Below are positions 15,321-22,269 of a stretch of 25,036 nt of DNA, piece by piece (the first letter of the stretch is position 1; each line of letters starts with the position of its first letter). The DNA lies in assembly GCA_946624395.1 (NCBI GenBank), contig CAMORY010000042.1, forward strand, positions 1 through 25,036, given 5' to 3'. This DNA is from an uncultured Clostridia bacterium (GTDB lineage Bacteria > Bacillota > Clostridia > Christensenellales > Borkfalkiaceae). The translations under genes and the position numbers were made by a program. The notes beneath the pieces were generated by a model, which made no database searches, was not told the DNA's origin, and saw nothing but the letters and a program-made list of their open reading frames with translations.

Positions 15321-16025
15321 ATGCAAGAAGGTGTTCACAGCGGTCATCGCGAACGGCTCGTTAAAAAGTTTACGGAGTTTCCCGATTCCTTTTCCGACCA
15401 CGAACTTTTAGAAATGTTTCTGTTCCCGCTGCTCCCGAGAAAGGACACGAACGAGATAGCGCATCGGCTTATCAAGTCGTTCGGCAGTATAAAAAACGTC
15501 TTTAACGCGACGGCGGAACAGTTAAAGACGGTAAACGGCGTGGGCGAAAAAACCGCCGCGTATATTGTCTTATACGGCAAAATGTTGAAAAAAACGGCGA
15601 ACGTGCCGCAAAAACAGGTGTTAAACCCGTTCACTTCTTTTGAAAACACCAAGCGGGAAATGTTTGCATTATTTGACGGGCAGAAAACGGAAAAGTTTTA
15701 TTTCTTTTTGCTTAACTATAATTACGAAGTGGTTTTTCAGGTGGAATATCAGGGCAACGACGACTATTCGGTATTTGCGGACACCGCGGAGATTTCGAAA
15801 GTCATAAGCGTGCATAAAGCGAAGTTTGCGATTATGGCGCACAATCATCCGAGCGGGTGCGTAAATCCGAGTGCGGCGGACGACGAAGCAACGAGAATGT
15901 TTTATATTATTTGTCGGTTGCACGGCATAAATCTCGTTGACCACATTATAGTGTCAAAAGACAACCTGTTCAGTTATTTTTCCGACGGACGGATAAACTA
16001 TATTAAAGAAAATACAAAATTTTAG
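15321..16025 (+). CDS. radC: RadC family JAB-domain protein
   Basis: HSGHRERL, HELLE.FL, HhH VNGVGEKTA, JAB motif AHNHPSG..NPS..D, LVDHIIV. Confidence 0.92.
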   Translation: MQEGVHSGHRERLVKKFTEFPDSFSDHELLEMFLFPLLPRKDTNEIAHRLIKSFGSIKNVFNATAEQLKTVNGVGEKTAAYIVLYGKMLKKTANVPQKQVLNPFTSFENTKREMFALFDGQKTEKFYFFLLNYNYEVVFQVEYQGNDDYSVFADTAEISKVISVHKAKFAIMAHNHPSGCVNPSAADDEATRMFYIICRLHGINLVDHIIVSKDNLFSYFSDGRINYIKENTKF

Positions 16026-16068
16026 CCGCATACGTGTCTGAAAATGCGGGACGTTTAAGGAGAGAATT

Positions 16069-17508
16069 ATGGAAAAAGTAAGAACGCGTTTTGCGCCAAG
16101 CCCTACGGGCTATCTTCATATCGGCGGTTTACGTACGGCGCTTTACGGATATCTTTTCGCTAAGCAACGCGGCGGGGATTTTATACTGCGTATAGAAGAT
16201 ACCGACACTACCCGCTACGTTGACGGTTCGGTTCAGATTATATACGACACTATGCGTGATTCCGGCATTATGTACGACGAAGGTCCGGATATCGGCGGCA
16301 ATTACGGGCCGTATATTCAGAGCGAGAGAAAGGCGATTTATACCGAATACGCTAAACTTCTCGTGGAAAAGGGCGGCGCGTATTACTGTTTCTGTACGCC
16401 CGAAAGAATAGCGGGGTTAAAAGACAGCGAAGGCAACGTTCGCTACGATAAGCATTGTCTTAAACTTTCAAAAGCGGAGATAGAAGAAAAAATCGCGCGG
16501 GGCGAGCCATACGTTATCCGCCAGAACGTTCCGACGGAAGGCTCCGGCACGTATCACGATTTGGTGTACGGCGATATTTCCGTGGACTATAAGGACATAG
16601 AAGACGGTATTTTGATTAAAAGCGACGGTATGCCCACCTATAACTTCGCAAACGTTATAGACGACCATCTTATGGGTATAACCCACGTTATCCGCGGTAC
16701 GGAATATCTTTCATCCACGCCCAAGTATAATTTAATGTACGACGCGTTCGGTTGGGAACGCCCCGTTTATATTCACCTGCCGCCCATAATGAAAGACGCG
16801 CAGCATAAACTGTCCAAGAGAAACGGCGACGCGGGGTACGAAGATTTTGTTAACAAAGGCTATATTAAGCAAGCGATTGTCAACTATATCGCGCTTTTGG
16901 GTTGGAATCCCAAGAGCAACGTTGAAAAAATGAGTTTAGCGGAACTTGTCGAACGTTTTTCTTTGGAAGGTATAAATAAATCGCCCGCGATTTTCGACGA
17001 AACCAAGATGAAATGGCTTTCTGGGGAATATATAAAGGAAATGACGATTGATGAGTTTAAAAAACTCGCCTTGCCTTTCTTAAAGAAAAGCGAAGCCTTC
17101 GGCAAGTTTAATGAAGATAAACTGCTTAATCTCGTTAAAACGCGCGTTCAGATATTAAGCGAAATCCCCGAAAAGTTGGACTTTTTAACCGACTTTAAAG
17201 AGTTTGATATTTCCCTTTTCGTAAACGAAAAACAAAAAGCAAGTGTGGAACTTGCAAAAGAAATTTTACCGAAAATAAAGGACAGATTATCGGCGCTTGC
17301 GGACTTTACAAACTCCGCGTTGTTTGAAACTTTGGTTGCACTCTCTAATGAACTTGGTATCAAAAAACAGGCGCTTTTATGGATTGCGCGGATTGCCATA
17401 ACGGGCAAAGGCGCGACGGCTGGCGGCGCAACTGAAATAGCAGAACTTTTAGGCAAAGCCGAAACTCTCCGCCGAATAGACTTTTCGATAGAATTGTTGA
17501 ATAAATAA
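16069..17508 (+). CDS. gltX: Glutamate--tRNA ligase
   Basis: VRTRFAPSPTGYLHIGG, RIEDTD, GPYIQSER, PTYNFANVIDDH, KLSKR; AAGGAG RBS. Confidence 0.97.
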   Translation: MEKVRTRFAPSPTGYLHIGGLRTALYGYLFAKQRGGDFILRIEDTDTTRYVDGSVQIIYDTMRDSGIMYDEGPDIGGNYGPYIQSERKAIYTEYAKLLVEKGGAYYCFCTPERIAGLKDSEGNVRYDKHCLKLSKAEIEEKIARGEPYVIRQNVPTEGSGTYHDLVYGDISVDYKDIEDGILIKSDGMPTYNFANVIDDHLMGITHVIRGTEYLSSTPKYNLMYDAFGWERPVYIHLPPIMKDAQHKLSKRNGDAGYEDFVNKGYIKQAIVNYIALLGWNPKSNVEKMSLAELVERFSLEGINKSPAIFDETKMKWLSGEYIKEMTIDEFKKLALPFLKKSEAFGKFNEDKLLNLVKTRVQILSEIPEKLDFLTDFKEFDISLFVNEKQKASVELAKEILPKIKDRLSALADFTNSALFETLVALSNELGIKKQALLWIARIAITGKGATAGGATEIAELLGKAETLRRIDFSIELLNK

Positions 17509-17519
17509 AAAAATAATTT

Positions 17520-17554
17520 TTACCGCCGCCACTTAAAAAAAGTGGCGGCGGTAA
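17520..17554 (+). terminator. Terminator after gltX
   Basis: TTACCGCCGCCACTT-aaaaa-AAGTGGCGGCGGTAA then GTTTT. Confidence 0.8.
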
Positions 17555-17682
17555 GTTTTAAATATTTTTAATACCGTTTGGTATAATTAAAAGTTATTCA
17601 GTTTTTTTATAATATAATAATTTTGCAAACTCAAAACTTGTCAAACTTGAAATGCGGTCAAAACGCCCTAATCTAAGGAAAC

Positions 17683-17710
17683 CCCCGCCTGCGTTTGTGC
17701 ACAGGCGGGG
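17683..17710. terminator. Hairpin downstream of mnmG; the better T-tract is on the plus strand
   Basis: CCCCGCCTG-N10-CAGGCGGGG; followed by TGTTTT on plus and GTTTCC on minus. Confidence 0.55.
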
Positions 17711-17727
17711 TGTTTTATAAAGAATAT

Positions 17728-19584
17728 TTAATTTTTAAGGTAAACCATTAAAACGGCAATATCTGCGGGCGAAACTCCCGAGATTCTACCCGCTTGCCCT
17801 AAATTTTTGGGGCGGATTTTATCGAGTTTCTGCCGCGCCTCTAAACGTAAGCCTTCCATTTTAAGATAGTCTATATTATCGGGTAAAAGTTTTTCTTCTA
17901 ACTTTTTAGCCTTGTCTATCTGTTCCTGTTCCTTTATTATATAGCCCGCGTATTTTGCGTCGATTTCCACGGTTTCAACTATCTGCGGCGAAATGCCGTC
18001 TAAAATATTAAGTTCTTCCGCAATTTTTTTAAGCGGTATGCCGCGCCTTACTAAATCCCCTGCGGAAAGTGCCGCTTGTGCCGCTGGAAAACCGAATTCC
18101 CAAAGTAATTTTTCGCAAGCCTTGGGCTTAAACGGCTTATTTATTTCCGCCGTTGCCTTTTCGTATTCCGCTTTTCTCTTTTCAAACACCGCTTTCCGTT
18201 TTTCGCTTATAAGTCCCGTCCGCATAGCCTTTTCGGTAAGTCTTAAATCGGTGTTGTCCTGCCGCAGCACTATTCTGTACTCCGCGCGGGAAGTCATCAT
18301 ACGGTAGGGTTCGTTAGTGCCTTTTGTTGTTAAATCGTCGATTAAAACCCCAATATATCCGTCGTCCCGTGAAAGGGTAAACGGTTCTTCCCCGCGTAGC
18401 GCTAAAGAAGCGTTAAGCCCCGCGATAAGTCCTTGCGCGGCGGCTTCTTCGTACCCGCTTGTGCCGTTTATCTGCCCCGCGGAATATAGGCCTTTTATCC
18501 GCTTGTACTCTAACGTCGGGTACAAATCGAGTGAATCTATACAGTCGTATTCTATAGCGTAGGCGTAGCGCATTATTTCGCAACGTTCCAAGCCCTTTAC
18601 CGTGCGGTACATAGCCTTTTGCACGTCGTGCGGGAGCGAAGTTGAAAGCCCCTGAACGTAAATTTCGTTAGTGTCCGCGCCTTCGGGTTCTAAAAAGAGT
18701 TGGTGGCGGTCTTTATCGGCAAATCTGACGACCTTGTCTTCTATCGACGGGCAGTACCGCGGCCCCGTGCCCTTTATCTGCCCCGAATAGAGAGGCGAAC
18801 GGTGTAAATTCGCGCGGATTATTTCGTGCGTTTTTTCGGTAGTATAAGTAAGATAGCAAGGCGTTTGTTTTTCGGGCAGTCTGTCCGTAAGATAAGAAAA
18901 GGGGTAAACGTCCGTTTCGCCGTTCTGGATTTCAAGCCCCGAAAAATCTATAGTACGTTTATCCACTCTTGCGGGCGTGCCCGTCTTAAACCGCCTTACG
19001 TTAAAGCCCAAATCTATTAAATTCGCCGTCAAAAGGTTAGCGGGCGAAAAGCCGTTCGGACCTGAAGAGCGTTGCCACTCCCCCGCGATAACGCTGCCGT
19101 TTAAGTATACGCCCGTACAAAGCACGACGGCGCGGCACTTTATAACGCCGCCGAACGCCGTCTTAACACCGGCAACTTGTCCGTTTTCGGTTAAGATTTC
19201 CACCGCTTCGCCCTGTAAGATTTTAAGGTTAGGAGTTTCTTCAAGCGTTTTTTTCATAAGGCGGTGGTACAGGTTTTTATCCGCCTGCCCGCGAAGACTT
19301 TGCACCGCCGCGCCCTTGCCGCGGTTAAGCATACGGATTTGAAGCAGCGCTTTATCCGCGTTTACGCCCATTTCGCCGCCCAGAGCGTCGATTTCCCGTA
19401 CTATCTGACCTTTTGCCGTGCCGCCTATGGACGGGTTGCACGCCATAAAGGCTATGCTGTCCAGATTTAAGGTCAGCATAACCGTCTTAAGTCCCGTTCG
19501 GGAAAGGGCAAGTGCGGCTTCTACCCCCGCGTGCCCCGCGCCGACGACTACGGCGTCGCAAGTTTCTTCAATAAATTCAGTCAT
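17728..19584 (-). CDS. mnmG: tRNA uridine-5-carboxymethylaminomethyl modification enzyme MnmG (GidA)
   Basis: VVGAGHAGVEAA, CNPSIGG.AKG, LNRGKGAAV, RFKTGTPAR, GPRYCPSIEDK, AGQINGTSGYEEAAAQG, YRMMTSRAEYR. Confidence 0.97.
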   Translation of the reverse strand: MTEFIEETCDAVVVGAGHAGVEAALALSRTGLKTVMLTLNLDSIAFMACNPSIGGTAKGQIVREIDALGGEMGVNADKALLQIRMLNRGKGAAVQSLRGQADKNLYHRLMKKTLEETPNLKILQGEAVEILTENGQVAGVKTAFGGVIKCRAVVLCTGVYLNGSVIAGEWQRSSGPNGFSPANLLTANLIDLGFNVRRFKTGTPARVDKRTIDFSGLEIQNGETDVYPFSYLTDRLPEKQTPCYLTYTTEKTHEIIRANLHRSPLYSGQIKGTGPRYCPSIEDKVVRFADKDRHQLFLEPEGADTNEIYVQGLSTSLPHDVQKAMYRTVKGLERCEIMRYAYAIEYDCIDSLDLYPTLEYKRIKGLYSAGQINGTSGYEEAAAQGLIAGLNASLALRGEEPFTLSRDDGYIGVLIDDLTTKGTNEPYRMMTSRAEYRIVLRQDNTDLRLTEKAMRTGLISEKRKAVFEKRKAEYEKATAEINKPFKPKACEKLLWEFGFPAAQAALSAGDLVRRGIPLKKIAEELNILDGISPQIVETVEIDAKYAGYIIKEQEQIDKAKKLEEKLLPDNIDYLKMEGLRLEARQKLDKIRPKNLGQAGRISGVSPADIAVLMVYLKN

Positions 19585-19606
19585 AATTTTTTCGTTTGGT
19601 TTTCGC

Positions 19607-19640
19607 TTTTACGCGGGGCGAAAATTCGCCCCGCGTAAAA
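19607..19640. other. 16-bp stem hairpin between dnaA and mnmG, no 3' U-tract on either strand
   Basis: TTTTACGCGGGGCGAA-aa-TTCGCCCCGCGTAAAA. Confidence 0.7.
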
Positions 19641-19646
19641 AAGTCG

Positions 19647-20981
19647 TTATTGTTTAAGAAGTTTTTTCTTTATATCGTTTATTTCGGTATAAAGTTTGGT
19701 GTCTAGTTTCATTTGTTCGGCAATCTTATCGCGCGAATAAACAACCGTGGAATGGTCTCTGCCGCCCAACAGTTGCCCTACCGTGATAAGCGGCAGGTTC
19801 ATCATATCCGTTATAAGATACATACAAACTTGGCGGGGTTCGACGAATTCCTTGTTTTTCTTTTTGCTGACAACGTCCGCTTTTGCTACCTTATAGAAAT
19901 CGCACACGCAGTTTATTATGTCTTCCGCCTGCAACTCTTCCTGCTTTTCACCGGCGGACTCTTTTAGCGCTTCGTTGACGAGTTCTATCGTGATGGGGCG
20001 TTCGTGGAGTTTGCTTGCAAACACGACTTTGGTCAGTTTGCCGATTAACGTCCTTACGTCTTCCCCTTCCATTTCCGCAATATAGGTCAAAACCTTTATA
20101 TCGACAAGGCACTTTTGCTCTTCGCTCTTTTTGCGAAGGATTGCGATACGCGTTTCTAAATCCGGCGGCTGAACGTCGGCAAGCAGCCCACCTTCGAACC
20201 GCGTGCGCAAGCGTTCTTCTAAAACCTCTATTTCCTTGGGCGGGCGGTCGCAGGTTAAAACCACCTGCTTGTTCTGCATAACGAGTTCGTTGAACGTGTG
20301 GAAGAACTCCGTCTGTACGCCCTGTTTTCTGGCAAGGAACTGTACGTCGTCAATTAAAAGAACGTCTACGTTCCTGTACTTGTTCCTGAAATCCGCGGGC
20401 GAAGCCTTGCCTTTCCCAAGACTTTCAATCATCTGGTTGGTGAACTGTTCGCAAGTGGCGTAAAGTACGTTTAAGGACGGCTTTTTTAGTTTTATGTAGT
20501 TGGCAATCGCCATTAAAATGTGCGTTTTGCCAAGCCCCGTGCCGCCGTAAATAAAGAGCGGGTTGTATGCTTCCCCGGGGTTTTCCGCCACCGCTTTTGC
20601 CGCAGCGAAAATAAATTCGTTAGAAGGTCCTACCACGAAAGAATCAAAGGTCAGTTTGGGATTGACGGGCGCGCCGTGCGTTTCGGCGGCGATTGCCGCT
20701 TCTTCACCGAACTTGGACAAATAATCTTCTCTGCCGTTTGCGACGACGATAGAAAAATCTGAAATGTCCGCGTTGCTTTTTTTCAGGGCTTCGCAAATTT
20801 TTACGCGCATTTTAGCCGAAACGGTGTCGGCAAAAAGTTTGCTCGGCGTGCAAAGCACTATTTTATTTCCCACAACGTCTACGGGGGTCAGTTGCGATAT
20901 ATACGTGTCGTAAGAAATGGAACTTACCGTTTTTTCGAGTTCGGGCAGGGTGGTTTTCCACAAAATCTCATAACTTTCCAT
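19647..20981 (-). CDS. dnaA: Chromosomal replication initiator DnaA
   Basis: TFDSFVVGPSN, YNPLFIYGGTGLGKTH, LLIDDVQF, EFFHTFN, RLRTRFEGGL, DVR sensor-2, domain IV PRQ..MYL and GGRDHSTV. Confidence 0.96.
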   Translation of the reverse strand: MESYEILWKTTLPELEKTVSSISYDTYISQLTPVDVVGNKIVLCTPSKLFADTVSAKMRVKICEALKKSNADISDFSIVVANGREDYLSKFGEEAAIAAETHGAPVNPKLTFDSFVVGPSNEFIFAAAKAVAENPGEAYNPLFIYGGTGLGKTHILMAIANYIKLKKPSLNVLYATCEQFTNQMIESLGKGKASPADFRNKYRNVDVLLIDDVQFLARKQGVQTEFFHTFNELVMQNKQVVLTCDRPPKEIEVLEERLRTRFEGGLLADVQPPDLETRIAILRKKSEEQKCLVDIKVLTYIAEMEGEDVRTLIGKLTKVVFASKLHERPITIELVNEALKESAGEKQEELQAEDIINCVCDFYKVAKADVVSKKKNKEFVEPRQVCMYLITDMMNLPLITVGQLLGGRDHSTVVYSRDKIAEQMKLDTKLYTEINDIKKKLLKQ

Positions 20982-21012
20982 AAGGCGGTATCCTTTTAAC
21001 GTATTTTTTCGT

Positions 21013-21041
21013 TTGCAATTAGGTAAATTTTATTATATAAT
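21013..21041 (+). promoter_or_regulatory. sigmaA promoter for recF whose -10 overlaps an opposite-strand -10 facing dnaA
   Basis: TTGCAA (21013-21018), 17 nt, TATAAT (21036-21041). The palindrome ATTATATAAT (21032-21041) also gives TATAAT on minus (21037-21032). Confidence 0.65.
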
Positions 21042-21097
21042 AATTTTAAAATAAAATAAAGCAATTCGGGCAGTTTAACCGAAATTTTTTGTTTAAC

Positions 21098-22201
21098 ATG
21101 AAGATAAAGACTTTAACGCTTAAAAATTTCCGCAACTATTCGGACGAAAAAATCGAATTCGGCGGCGGCGTGAATATATTGACGGGCGAAAACGCACAGG
21201 GCAAAACCAACGCGGCGGAAGCGGTGTTTTTTCTCTGTACGGGCTATTCCCCGCGCGCGAACCGCGATAAACTCGTAGTAAAATTCGGCTCTAGCAGCGG
21301 CGAAATCGCGGGCGTTGCCGATTCTGCGTACGGCGAAGTGTCGACAAGGATTGTCTTTTCCACAAGCGATAATAAGCGAATGTTCGTAAACGGTATAGAA
21401 GTGTTAAGGATAAGCGAACTTTTAGGCAATATACACAGCGTGTTCTTTAATCCCGCCGAACTGAAATTAGTGCAGGAAAGCCCCGAAGACCGCCGCAGAT
21501 TTATGAATATATCCCTGTCGCAGATGTCGAAAAGTTATTTCAGAGCGCTACAAAATTACAACAAAATTCTGGCGCAGAGAAACAACCTGTTAAAGGATAG
21601 GGACGTAAGTTTAATACGCGAAACTTTGCCTGTGTGGGACGCGGGATTAACTAAACACGCGGCGACGATAATTAAGGCACGGAACGCCTTTTTAGCGGAA
21701 CTTGCCCCGATAGCGGAAGAAAAACACGCGCTTTTATCGGGCGGCAGAGAAAGGCTTACAATGAAAACCGAGAGCGGCTATTACGGCACGGAAGAAGAAA
21801 TCGCCTACGCCCTATCGGAAGATTTAAAAACGGGTTTCGAACGGGATTTGCGGCTGGGGTTTACGGGCATAGGTCCGCACCGCGACGATATAAAGTTTAT
21901 GCTAAACGGCGAAGATGCGCGGGTGTTCGGTTCGCAAGGTCAGCAAAGAACGATTGCGCTATCGCTTAAACTTGCGGAAGCGGAAACGTTTAAAACAAGG
22001 TTCGGCGAGTATCCCGTACTTATATTAGACGACGTGCTATCCGAACTCGATAAATCCCGTCAGCAGAAGTTAGTTGCGGCGGTAAAAGACATACAGACGA
22101 TATTTACGGCGACCGCCGTTCCCCGTGCGATATTTAAGGGCGTACCCTACCGCCATATAACGATAAAAAGCGGCGCTATAAAGTCGGTTAAAGATTATTA
22201 A
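21098..22201 (+). CDS. recF: DNA replication and repair protein RecF
   Basis: LKNFRNY, Walker A GENAQGKTN, PEDRRRFMN, GPHRDD, GSQGQQRT, LILDDVLSELD. Start placed at ATG 21098. Confidence 0.95.
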   Translation: MKIKTLTLKNFRNYSDEKIEFGGGVNILTGENAQGKTNAAEAVFFLCTGYSPRANRDKLVVKFGSSSGEIAGVADSAYGEVSTRIVFSTSDNKRMFVNGIEVLRISELLGNIHSVFFNPAELKLVQESPEDRRRFMNISLSQMSKSYFRALQNYNKILAQRNNLLKDRDVSLIRETLPVWDAGLTKHAATIIKARNAFLAELAPIAEEKHALLSGGRERLTMKTESGYYGTEEEIAYALSEDLKTGFERDLRLGFTGIGPHRDDIKFMLNGEDARVFGSQGQQRTIALSLKLAEAETFKTRFGEYPVLILDDVLSELDKSRQQKLVAAVKDIQTIFTATAVPRAIFKGVPYRHITIKSGAIKSVKDY

Positions 22202-22223
22202 ATATAATGTCGCGAAAAATGTC

Positions 22224-22253
22224 GCGGGCGCGCCTATTAATAGGCGCGCCCGC
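22224..22253. terminator. Perfect 30-bp palindrome between convergent recF and the lipoprotein gene
   Basis: GCGGGCGCGCCTATT|AATAGGCGCGCCCGC. Confidence 0.65.
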
Positions 22254-22269
22254 AAGATTTTAAAAGTTT

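Noticed and set aside
16026-16068. T-box or riboswitch ahead of gltX
   Set aside because: The gap is only 43 bp and has no T-box motif.
18959-18967. DnaA-box-like TTATCCACT (also TTATCCACG near 14381)
   Set aside because: Isolated 8/9 matches inside coding sequence, expected by chance.
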